A DNA stretch of 64,000 nt from an uncultured Eubacteriales bacterium (GCA_902802575.1 CADCMN010000001.1:18410-82409); one strand, 5' to 3'; positions 49,128 to 58,089 are shown, numbered from the stretch's first letter. Program-made: numbers and translations. Notes: generated by a model not told the origin, from the sequence alone.

Positions 49128-49769
49128 ATGACGGAAAAACTATTATCCATGATCGGTGAACGGTATCCGATCCAAGAGATCGACGTGGGGCCCTATGGGG
49201 CCATCAAAGCAAAGGGCATGGTATTCTCCGCCCGCGCGTTCGAGGCGCAGGGGCTGGGACACATTTCGGTGATGCAGGCTAAAGGCTTCTTCGGCCTTAT
49301 GAAGATGGACACGCTGATCGTGAACCCGAAGGAGTTGGATCTGCCCCTGTATTCCTATGACCGCATCCTGGCCATGGGCAACGACACGCTGATCATCGAG
49401 CTGTACGACACCATGGTCGAAGCCTGCCCGATGGACGCGATCCATGGGGTGAACGCCAAGTATGAGAGTCTGCCGGAGCGCGACCCGGGCCAGCACTGGT
49501 ACGATTCCATCAAGCTCCCCGAGAGCGTTTCAAAGAAGGGGAAGAAGCTTTCGACCCGGTTTGACGCCTATACGACGGACTTCACAAAGGCGTACCTGTC
49601 GCTGCCGACCCAGCCGGTCGCGGACCCGGAGAAGAAGCGTGAAAAGACGAACGTCTATGTGGAGGGGCTGCTGCGCAACGGCGGACCGTCCACGGATGTG
49701 TTCAAGCAGGCCTTGGGCGAGGAGAAGTGCGCCGAGATGTTCCGGACCGTGCTCTTCGGAACGAACTAA
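49128..49769 (+). CDS. hypothetical protein (possible bilin-reductase-like fold, weak)
   Basis: Start at MTEKLL (GGGAGG RBS). See finding. No firm family assignment. Confidence 0.55.
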   Translation: MTEKLLSMIGERYPIQEIDVGPYGAIKAKGMVFSARAFEAQGLGHISVMQAKGFFGLMKMDTLIVNPKELDLPLYSYDRILAMGNDTLIIELYDTMVEACPMDAIHGVNAKYESLPERDPGQHWYDSIKLPESVSKKGKKLSTRFDAYTTDFTKAYLSLPTQPVADPEKKREKTNVYVEGLLRNGGPSTDVFKQALGEEKCAEMFRTVLFGTN

Positions 49770-49820
49770 TATAATTCCAATTGATCCGTTGGGTATGAGG
49801 AAGAAAAACGTATAGACAAA

Positions 49821-50072
49821 GTGATCGACCGATTCTGGCTCGAATCCATTGCGGCAAAGGACGCCGACACAGCGGAAAAAGCTTTCCGGCAACGGCAAGG
49901 GAAAGAGCTGTTTGCATGCTGGCGCGACAAGGATTGGTATCAAAGTGAAAAACCTGCCGATGAAAAGATGCTGCTTGCATACGAAACGGGCGGAATCGAT
50001 GCCTGCATGGCGCTTCTCACAAAAACCTGTCAGCGCAACATGAAAAAGCTGAAGGAAGGGGGCATTCTGTAA
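49821..50072 (+). CDS. hypothetical small protein
   Basis: 83 aa ORF with a GTG start and a poor RBS. Confidence 0.3.
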   Translation: MIDRFWLESIAAKDADTAEKAFRQRQGKELFACWRDKDWYQSEKPADEKMLLAYETGGIDACMALLTKTCQRNMKKLKEGGIL

Positions 50073-50100
50073 ATCAGCAGCCCGCACCGCGCCGATAACA

Positions 50101-50498
50101 GCATCCCACCGCTGAAGCATCCACAATATCGGTAAAAACCCGTTCGGATCCTGACGTCTCCGAATAAGGCCAAAACACAGGAATGGGGAGTACGGCCCCC
50201 AGATATTTGAATATATAACGGGGTGGGATTCGACCCGCGCTGCGGCGCGGGCCATGGGCTCGGCTCTCAGGCCCCACCGGGGCCTGATTCACTACCGAGC
50301 CCGTTCGAATCCCACCGTCTCCGGAAGGCCAAAACACAGAGGTGGGGAGAACGGCCCCCAGAGACTTGAGCGCCCGCCGGGGTGGGATTCTGCCCTTGCC
50401 GCTGAAAACGCCGCACTGCGGCGTTTTCTTAACGCGGCTTCGAATCCCGCCGTCTCCGGAAGGCCAAAACAAAACCACCCATGCGGGTGGTTTTGTTT
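50101..50498. repeat. array of tRNA-Ser 3'-end-derived fragments in alternating orientation with conserved spacers
   Basis: Plus-strand copies of TTCGAATCCCACCGTCTCCG at 50304 (20/20), 50439 (19/20) and 50143 (16/20). Inverted partners GGTGGGATTCGA at 50222 and 50381. Conserved spacer ggccaaaacacag..tggggag.acggcccccaga..ttga occurs twice. Confidence 0.75.
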
Positions 50499-50587
50499 TG
50501 GCGGAGACGGTGGGATTCGAACCCACGGAACATCGCTGTTCAACTGATTTCGAGTCAGCCCCGTTATGACCGCTTCGATACGTCTCC
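50499..50587 (-). tRNA. tRNA-Ser (anticodon CGA)
   Basis: Manual fold. Acceptor GGAGACG/CGTCTCC, anticodon stem GCTGA/TCAGT with loop CTCGAAA, long variable arm GAAC-AGCGAT-GTTC, T arm GTGGG-TTCGAAT-CCCAC, discriminator G, encoded CCA. Confidence 0.85.
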
Positions 50588-50604
50588 AGGCAGAGGGAAA
50601 AAAA

Positions 50605-51045
50605 TCAACGCTTTCTTTGAAAGAATTCCGTGAGCAGGGCGGCGCCGTCCCTTTCCAGGATCCCGCCCCAGGTCTCCACTGAGTGATAGAACCAATGGTC
50701 CGTCAGATCCACCCGGGAGCCTGTGCAGCCGCAGCTCGTATCGAAAGCCCCGAAGACCAGCCGGGGGAGCTTCAAAAGCACCATGGCCCCGGCGCACATG
50801 GCGCAGGGCTCCATGGTCACGTACAGGGTGCAGCCGGTCAGGGACCCGAGCTGCCGCTGGGCTTGACGAAGGGCCAGCAGCTCCGCGTGCTGGGTGGGAT
50901 CATTGTTTTGCCGGGACAGGTTGTGGGCCCGGGCCACGATCTCGTCATCCTTGACGACCACGGCCCCCACGGGTACCTCGTCCTCCTGTAAGGCGGCCTG
51001 AGCCTCCTGGAGCGCCGCCCGCATCCACTGTTCATCATTCCTCAC
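50605..51045 (-). CDS. tadA: tRNA adenosine(34) deaminase
   Basis: 146 aa. HAELLAL and TMEPCAMCAGA zinc motifs. Confidence 0.9.
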   Translation of the reverse strand: MRNDEQWMRAALQEAQAALQEDEVPVGAVVVKDDEIVARAHNLSRQNNDPTQHAELLALRQAQRQLGSLTGCTLYVTMEPCAMCAGAMVLLKLPRLVFGAFDTSCGCTGSRVDLTDHWFYHSVETWGGILERDGAALLTEFFQRKR

Positions 51046-51808
51046 GGGCGAGCACCTCCTCCGTGTCGAAGTCGGGATATTTCACCCGCCACAGCACCAG
51101 GCCGTGGGGCGGGGCTGTGGGACCGGCGTCCTTCCGGGAGAGGGAGGAGAGGGCTTTTTCCATGCTGTCAGGGGCTATCCGCCCGCTGCCCATGCCCACC
51201 ATAGTGCCCGCCAGGATGCGGACCATGTTGTAGAGGAATCCGTTCCCCTGGACGGTGTAGACGAGAAACTTTCCCTGCTTTTCCCAGCGGGACAGGCTAA
51301 CGGAGCGCACGGCGCTTTCCACCTCCCGGCCTGTGGACATGAAAGCCGAAAAGTCGTGGGTGCCCATCACGAGAGCGGCGGCCTCGTTCATCAGGTCAAA
51401 ATCGAGGGGCATATAGGCGTGGAGCGAGTATTTGCGGGCGAACACGTCCGCATGGGGGCCGGTTTGCACAAAGTAGCGGTACTGCTTCTCCTTGGCGGAG
51501 AAGCGGGCGTGAAAGTCGGGCGAGACCTCCTCGGAGCAGAGGACCCGGATGTCCGCAGGCAGATGGGTATTGAGGGCGATGGCAAACTTGTCCGCCGCCA
51601 TGCGGACCCCCGTGTCGAAGTGAGCCACCTGGGCCCGGGCGTGGACGCCGGAGTCCGTACGGCCGCTGCCCTGGAGGCTGACGCGCTCGCCGGTCACTTC
51701 CAGGATGGCCTTTTCGACCACTTCCTGGACGGCCACGCCGTTATTTTGGGTCTGCCAGCCCACGTAGTCCGTGCCGTCGTATGAAATTATGGTCCGAATG
51801 CGCCGCAT
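51035..51808 (-). CDS. truA: tRNA pseudouridine(38-40) synthase
   Basis: Start MRRIRTIISYDGTDYVGWQ at 51808, overlapping the ecfT stop (TGATG). GRTDSGVHA catalytic Asp motif. Confidence 0.9.
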   Translation of the reverse strand: MRRIRTIISYDGTDYVGWQTQNNGVAVQEVVEKAILEVTGERVSLQGSGRTDSGVHARAQVAHFDTGVRMAADKFAIALNTHLPADIRVLCSEEVSPDFHARFSAKEKQYRYFVQTGPHADVFARKYSLHAYMPLDFDLMNEAAALVMGTHDFSAFMSTGREVESAVRSVSLSRWEKQGKFLVYTVQGNGFLYNMVRILAGTMVGMGSGRIAPDSMEKALSSLSRKDAGPTAPPHGLVLWRVKYPDFDTEEVLAREE

Positions 51809-52602
51809 CACAGAAGCCTCGGGAAAAGCCCCTGGACCGTCAATATGACGGCCAGGAAGGCCATCGTCACCAGGGCGGCCACAAGGTCCCCCCGGCCCAG
51901 CTTCAGCTGGTGGAGCTTGGTCCTCCCCTCGCCGCCGTGATAGCAGCGGGATTCCATGGCCATGGCCAGCTCGTCCGCCCGCCGGAAGGAGGAGACGAAC
52001 AGGGGGATCAGGATAGGGATCATGGCCTTGGCCCGGGCGATGATGTTCCCGGATTCGAAGTCCGCGCCCCGGGCCATCTGGGCCTTGCGGATCTTGTCGG
52101 CCTCCTCCATGAGGGTGGGGATGAAGCGGAGGGCGATGGTCATCATCATGGCCAGTTCGTGGGCGGGGAAGCGGAGGGCCTTGAGGGGCGAGAGCATCCG
52201 TTCGAGGCCGTCCGTCAGGGCGATGGGGGAGGTGGTCAGCGTCATGATGGACGCGCCGGTCACCAGCAGGATCAGGCGCAGGGAGATGTAGACCGCCTGC
52301 CGCAGCCCTTCTTCGGTGATCTTGATGAACTTCCAGCTGTACAGAATCGTATTCCCCGGAGTGATGAACAGGTTCAACAGGAACATGAACACCAGCAAAA
52401 AGCGGATGGGCTTGATGGCTTTGCCGAAGTAGGTGAAGGAGATCTGCCCCAGCCCCAGGCACAGAAACACGTAGGCGAGGGGCACCAAAAACAAGGGCAG
52501 GGATTTCACCAGGAACACCATGACGATATAGACCAGCATCAGCACGATCTTCGTCCGGGGGTCCAGCCGGTGGATGCAGGAGTTGCCGGGGATGAATTGG
52601 CC
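51808..52602 (-). CDS. ecfT: ECF transporter transmembrane component (start unresolved)
   Basis: ORF 51808..52545. The same frame continues upstream as GGQFIPGNSCIHRLDPRTKIV (conserved EcfT N-terminus) to a TGA at 52606-52608 with no start codon. Confidence 0.75.
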   Translation of the reverse strand, partial: GQFIPGNSCIHRLDPRTKIVLMLVYIVMVFLVKSLPLFLVPLAYVFLCLGLGQISFTYFGKAIKPIRFLLVFMFLLNLFITPGNTILYSWKFIKITEEGLRQAVYISLRLILLVTGASIMTLTTSPIALTDGLERMLSPLKALRFPAHELAMMMTIALRFIPTLMEEADKIRKAQMARGADFESGNIIARAKAMIPILIPLFVSSFRRADELAMAMESRCYHGGEGRTKLHQLKLGRGDLVAALVTMAFLAVILTVQGLFPRLL

Positions 52603-53434
52603 CCCTCAACAGATATTCCTCCAGGTCCTCCCGGGTGCAGACGTCCAGGGGGGCGTCCACGCCCATCTTCCGCAGCAAAGCCGCCACCCGGCAGGGGGCA
52701 GGCAGGGAGAGCCCCATCTCGGAGAGCTCGTCGCTGTGGGAGAAGACGGCCTTGGGGGTGTCCAGATATTTGACCTCGCCCTGATTCATGACCAGGATGC
52801 GGTCCGCGTGCCGGGCCACGTCCTCCATGGAGTGTGAGACCATGATGATGCTGCAGCCCGTGTCTGAGCGCAGCTTTTCCAGCATGGCGAGGATGCTCTG
52901 CCGTCCCTGAGGGTCCAGGCCCGCCATGGGCTCGTCCAGCACCAGGTATTTGGGCCGCATGGCCAGGATGCCCGCCAGGGCCGCCCGCCGCTTCTCGCCG
53001 CCGGACAGCTCAAAGGGGGATTTTTCGGCGAACTGGTCCATACTGAGCCCGACCATGGACATGGCTTCGCTGACTCGGATAGAGATCTCCTCCTCGCTGA
53101 GCTTCATGTTCTGGGGCCCGAAGGCCACGTCCTCCCGGACCGTGTCCGCAAAGAGCTGGTATTCGGGATATTGGAACACCATGCCCACCAGGGATCGGAT
53201 GCGGGGACGCAGCTTTTTATCCGCGGTGTCGAGCCCGTCCACCAGCACCCGGCCGGCGCTGGGGAGCAGCAGGCCGTTGAGATGCTGGACCAACGTGGTC
53301 TTGCCGCAGCCGGTGTGGCCGATGAGGGACAAAAATTCGCCTTCGCGTATCTCAAGGGAAACGTCCTTCACCGCGGTATTGGACGTGACGCCGTCGAAAT
53401 AGGTATGGGACAGATGATCTATAACAATGGGCAT
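52603..53434 (-). CDS. ecfA2: ECF transporter ATPase A2 (no in-frame stop at expected end)
   Basis: N-terminal ~280 aa of the 799-aa ORF 51035..53434. GHTGCGKTT, LSGGEKRR, LVLDEP. Recognisable sequence ends near ..EDLEEYLLRG. Confidence 0.8.
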
Positions 53435-54199
53435 AGGGCCTCCGCAAGCTGTGTGTCGGTCAAAACGGAGAAAGGGAGAGACACGCTGTTCCTGGCCAGG
53501 TCCTCCCGGATGCGCACGATCTCCGGCACGTCGAGCCCGAGAGCGCGCAGTTCGTCGCCCCGGGAGAAGATCTCGGCGGGCGCGTCGTCCATGACGATCC
53601 GGCCCCCGCTCATGACGATCAGCCGATCCGCCATGACCGCTTCCTCCATGTACTGGGTGATCATGATTACGGTCATGCCGTTCTTCCGGTTCAGCTCATA
53701 CACCGTTTGCAAGAGCTCCTCCCGGCCCTTGGGGTCCAGCATGGCCGTGGCTTCGTCCAGCACCAAAATCTTCGGCTCCATGGCCAGCATCCCGGCGATG
53801 GCGACCCTTTGCTTCTGGCCGCCGGAAAGCCGATGGGCGGCGCTTTCAGCGTAGGCGGACATCCCCACCTTCTGCAGCGCTTCGTCCACACGGACGCGGA
53901 TCTCGGGGGAGGGGACGCCCAGATTTTCCGGCCCGAAGGCCACGTCCTCCTCCACGATGGTGGTCACCAGCTGGTTGTCCGGGTTCTGGAACACCATGCC
54001 CACCTGCTGGCGGATGGAAAGGAGGTTGCTCCGTGGGGAGCAGGAGCCCGTTGATGTGCTTCGAGAGGGTGCTTTTGCCGCTGCCGTTGTGTCCGGCTAC
54101 TACCAAAAAGATGCCGTCGGGGATCACAAGGTCGACGCCCTTGAGCGCCTCCGCCCCTTCCTCGTCATATTTGAATCTGACGCCTTTACATTCGATCAT
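53419..54199 (-). pseudogene. ecfA1: ECF transporter ATPase A1, frame disrupted (pseudogene or assembly error)
   Basis: N-terminal fragment ORF 53846..54199 (..GHNGSGKSTLSKHINGLLLPTE) and C-terminal ORF 53419..54003 (VGMVFQNPDNQ..) are in different frames. About 13 codons are missing relative to the in-window paralog ecfA2. Confidence 0.75.
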
Positions 54200-54319
54200 G
54201 CGCTTTCCTCCAAAACTATTTCATTATACCAAGGCAAACGCCATAAGACAAGCCTAAAATGGGGGATGACCGGAGAAGGAAAAGATGATATACTTCTTAT
54301 ATAGATCGGAGGTGGGATT

Positions 54320-55666
54320 ATGCGCACGCTGCTGAAGAACGTGGACACCGTGATCTCCTGCGACGGGGAGGATCGGGTATACCGGCATACGGACGTCTGG
54401 TTTTCGGACGGGGTCGTCGAGAGGATCGGCCCGGGGGAGGAAAAGCCGGATGAGGCGTATGACTGTACCGGGATGATCCTTTACCCCGGCTTCGTCAACA
54501 CCCATCATCATCTCTATCAGTATTTCACCCGGAGCCTTGCCAAGGTCCAGGGCATGGAGCTCTTCGACTGGCTTCGGACCCTCTATGAGATCTGGAAGAA
54601 CCTGAACGGGGACACGGTGTATCTCTCCTCCCTGGCCGCCATGGGGGAGCTGATGCGCTATGGCTGCACCACCTGCTTCGATCATCATTACGTGTTCCCC
54701 CGGGGCGCCGGGGACCTGATCGCCCGGCAGATGGCGGCGGCGGACAAATTGGGCGTCCGCTTCGTGGCCTCCCGGGGCAGCATGGACCTCTCGAAGAAGG
54801 ATGGGGGCCTGCCCCCGGACAGCGTGGTCCAGACCATCGACGAGATCCTGGCTGACAGCCGGCGGCTCATCGAAAGGTATCATCATCCCGATCAGGACCC
54901 CATGCACGACATCGTCCTGGCCCCCTGCTCGCCCTTCTCCGTCAGCGGCGACCTGATGCGGGAGAGCGCCAAACTGGCCCGGGCCTACGGGGTGCGGCTC
55001 CACACCCACGTGGGGGAGACGAAGGACGAGGAGAAGTACACCCTGTCCCGGTTCGGTATGCGCCCCGTGGCCTATATGGAATCCCTGGGCTGGGTGGGGC
55101 CGGACGTGTGGTACGCCCACGGCATCCACATGAACGACGAAGAGCTGGACCTGCTGGCCGCCACGGGCACGGGCGTGGCCCATTGCCCCAACTCCAACAT
55201 GAAGCTCCACAGCGGCGTCTGCCGGGTGCCGGACATGCTCTCTCGCGGCGTGAAGGTGGGCTTGGCGGTGGACGGCTCCGCCAGCAACGACGGCAGCAAC
55301 ATGATGGACGAGATCCGGACAGCGTTTCTGCTGCACCGCCTCACCTGGGGCGAGAAAGCACCCACCGGATACGATCTGCTGAAGATGGCCACGGCGGGCA
55401 GCGCCGCCCTACTGGGCCGGAGGGACATCGGCAGCATCGAGGCGGGGAAGGGGGCCGACTGCTTCCTGATCCGCAAGGAGCAGCCGGATCTGCTCTGCGC
55501 GGAGCTGGATCCCAAGAACCTGTTCGGCAACGTGGGGTATCATCGACCCTGCGACTTGGTGTTTGTGAACGGTCGGCTGACGGTCCGGGACGGGCGTCTT
55601 CTGGGCGTGGATGAGGAATGGCTCTATCAAAAGGGGCGGTGGGAGATCGAGCGGCTGCTCGGCTGA
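54320..55666 (+). CDS. amidohydrolase family deaminase (8-oxoguanine / cytosine deaminase-like)
   Basis: 448 aa. PGFVNTHHHLYQ metal motif, HTHVGET, and HG..M..EE..LL region. Confidence 0.8.
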   Translation: MRTLLKNVDTVISCDGEDRVYRHTDVWFSDGVVERIGPGEEKPDEAYDCTGMILYPGFVNTHHHLYQYFTRSLAKVQGMELFDWLRTLYEIWKNLNGDTVYLSSLAAMGELMRYGCTTCFDHHYVFPRGAGDLIARQMAAADKLGVRFVASRGSMDLSKKDGGLPPDSVVQTIDEILADSRRLIERYHHPDQDPMHDIVLAPCSPFSVSGDLMRESAKLARAYGVRLHTHVGETKDEEKYTLSRFGMRPVAYMESLGWVGPDVWYAHGIHMNDEELDLLAATGTGVAHCPNSNMKLHSGVCRVPDMLSRGVKVGLAVDGSASNDGSNMMDEIRTAFLLHRLTWGEKAPTGYDLLKMATAGSAALLGRRDIGSIEAGKGADCFLIRKEQPDLLCAELDPKNLFGNVGYHRPCDLVFVNGRLTVRDGRLLGVDEEWLYQKGRWEIERLLG

Positions 55667-55852
55667 GCCACCACCCGTTGTGACCCGTTCACAACCTGGT
55701 CACAGCATGTTGAATGAGCCATGACGGAAAATTGAATGACTCATGAATCGAATATGAACGCTCCTTAAACATTGTTCATAGATACTCATGCCCATTCAGA
55801 ATCTATACATCGGGACTGAATAGAATCTCAGCCCGGTGAATAACCAAAATCG

Positions 55853-55889
55853 CGGCGGCTTGCCTTTTGAGAGCCGCCGTTTGATTTTT
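55853..55889 (+). terminator. intrinsic terminator
   Basis: cggcggct..agccgccg hairpin followed by tttgattttt, about 190 nt after the amidohydrolase stop. Confidence 0.65.
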
Positions 55890-56010
55890 CCACACCATTT
55901 ATTCATCGTATACCCAAAAAACTTTCAAGATATGGTATGCATTTTCGGCGATTGACACTAAATATGGCGGTTGTTATACTTCCAACAGCAAGGTACACGG
56001 GGAGGGGCTT

Positions 56011-58075
56011 ATGATTCGACAGATCAAGAAGCGGGACGGACGCATCGAATCCTTCGATCAGGAGAAGATTAAAAACGCCATCTGGAAGGCGGCCAAGGCG
56101 GTGGGCGGCACCAACGAGGCCATCGCGGAGGATCTATCCGATCAGGTGGTCCAGATGGTGTCCCAGCGGTTTACGGACGCCATCCCCGAGGTGGAAGATA
56201 TCCAGGACGCGGTGGAGAAGGTTCTCATCGAGAACGGCCACGCCAGGACCGCCAAGGCCTACATCCTCTATCGGGAGAAGCGCCGGGCCACCCGGGAGAT
56301 CAACGCCATGATCGGCGCTACCATCGACATGTTCGCCGACTACCTGGACGACAAGGATTGGGGCACCAAGGAAAACGCCAACATGCAGCGGAGCGTCAAC
56401 GGCCTCAACAATTACGTCCGGGAGTCCTTCACCAAGAAATACTGGCTCTACAAGGTCTATCCCGAGGACGTGCGCAAGGCCCATGAATCCGGCGACGCCC
56501 ACATCCACGATCTGGGCTTCTTCGGCCCCTACTGCGCGGGCTGGGATCTTCGGCAGCTCCTCATGGACGGCTTCGGCGGCGTGGAGGGCAAGGTGGAATC
56601 GAGCCCCGCAAGACACCTTCGCTCCTTCCTCGGTCAGGTGGTCAACTCCACCTTTACCACCCAGGGCGAGACCGCCGGCGCCCAGGCCTGGTCCTCCTTC
56701 GACACCTACTGCGCCCCCTTCATCTACTACGATCATATGACCTTCGACGAGGTCAAGCAGTGCCTGCAGGAGTTCGTCTTCAACATCAACGTGCCCACCC
56801 GGGTGGGCTTCCAGTGCCCCTTCTCCAACTTGACCTTCGACATCAAGGTGCCGAGCACCCTCCGGGAGGAGCCCGTCATCATCGGCGGTGAATACAAGGA
56901 AAAAACCTACGGGGACTTCCAGAAGGAAATGGATCTCTTCAACCAGGCCTTCTGCGCCGTCATGCTGGAGGGAGATTCCAAGGGCCGGGTATTCACGTTC
57001 CCCATCCCCACCATCAACATCACCAGGGATTTCGACTGGGACAGCCCCGTGGTCAACAGCTTCATGGAGATCACCTGCAAGTACGGCATCCCCTACTTTG
57101 CCAACTACGTGAACTCCGACCTTTCGCCGGAGGACGCGGTGAGCATGTGCTGCCGGCTGCGCCTCGACAAGCGGGAGCTTCGCAAGCGGGGCGGCGGCCT
57201 CTTCGGCAGCAACCCCATGACGGGCAGCATCGGCGTGTACACCGTGAACCTGCCCCGGATCGGGTATCTGGCCACGGACAAGGCGGACTTCTTCGCCCGG
57301 CTCAGGCGGGTGGCGGAGCTGGGCAAGGTCTCCCTGGAGATCAAGCGCAAGATCATCGAGCACCAGACGGATAGGGGATTATACCCCTATTCCGCTCACT
57401 ATCTTCGCAACGTGAAGGCCCGCACCGGGGAATACTGGTACAACCACTTCAACACCATCGGCCTCGTGGGCATGAACGAAGCCTGCCTCAACTTCCTGGG
57501 CAAGGACATCGGCAGCAAGGAGGGACTTGCCTTCGCGTTGGAGGTCATGCACTTCCTTCGCGATCTCATGGTGGAGTTCCAGGAGGAGACGGGCCACAGC
57601 TACAACCTGGAGGCCACCCCCGCCGAGGGCACCAGCTACCGCCTGGCCCGGCTGGACAAGGAGAAGTACCCCAACATCATCCAGAGCGGCCACGACGAGC
57701 CCCAGTACACCAACAGCACCCAGCTGCCCGTGACCTATACGGACGACATCTTCGAGTGCATGGACCTGCAGGACGAGCTTCAGGATCAACGACGTGGAGA
57801 CGGTGAAGGACCTGATCCGCACCATCTTCACGAAATACAAGATGCCCTACATCTCCATCACGCCCACCTTCTCCATCTGCGAGGAGCACGGCTACATCTC
57901 CGGCGAGCATTTCTCCTGCCCGGAGTGCGGCAAGCCCACGGAGGTATGGAGCCGGGTGGTGGGCTACCTTCGCCCCGTGCAGAACTTCAACGCCGGGAAG
58001 AAGGAGGAGTACGTGCTGCGCAAGAAGTTCGTCCTGGACGAGAGCGAGCTCGTACACGAGCAGAAAGCCTGCTGA
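56011..58075 (+). pseudogene. nrdD: anaerobic ribonucleoside-triphosphate reductase, frame disrupted near C-terminus (pseudogene or assembly error)
   Basis: N-terminal ATP-cone and class III RNR body run in frame to ..CMDLQDELQ (57781). The glycyl-radical C-terminus (RINDVETVKDL..TPTFSICEEHGYISGEHFSCPECG..SRVVGYLRPV) is in the +1 frame (ORF 57794..58075). Confidence 0.8.
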
Positions 58076-58089
58076 GGATCGAAACACAC

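Noticed and set aside
50074-50526. 150-aa minus-strand ORF with a thrice-repeated FWPSGDGGIR motif (and the 97/83/75-aa ORFs overlapping it)
   Set aside because: The peptide repeat is simply the translation of the repeated tRNA-Ser 3'-end DNA fragments. There is no RBS, and the ORF runs into the tRNA gene.
51035-53434. 799-aa ORF that looks like a giant EcfA2-X-TruA fusion protein
   Set aside because: The middle ~245 aa are Pro/Arg/Gly/His-rich nonsense produced by reading ecfT in the wrong frame. Proper EcfT (51808..52545+) and TruA (start at 51808) are recognisable in their own right. The long ORF exists only because the ecfA2 stop is missing.
55891-55975. NrdR boxes upstream of nrdD (ccacaccatttattc, caagatatggtatg, acactaaatatggcg)
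   Set aside because: Each matches only one half of the 16-bp NrdR palindrome consensus as I recall it. The spacing of two of them (~31 nt) is suggestive, but the matches are too weak to call without a scoring matrix.
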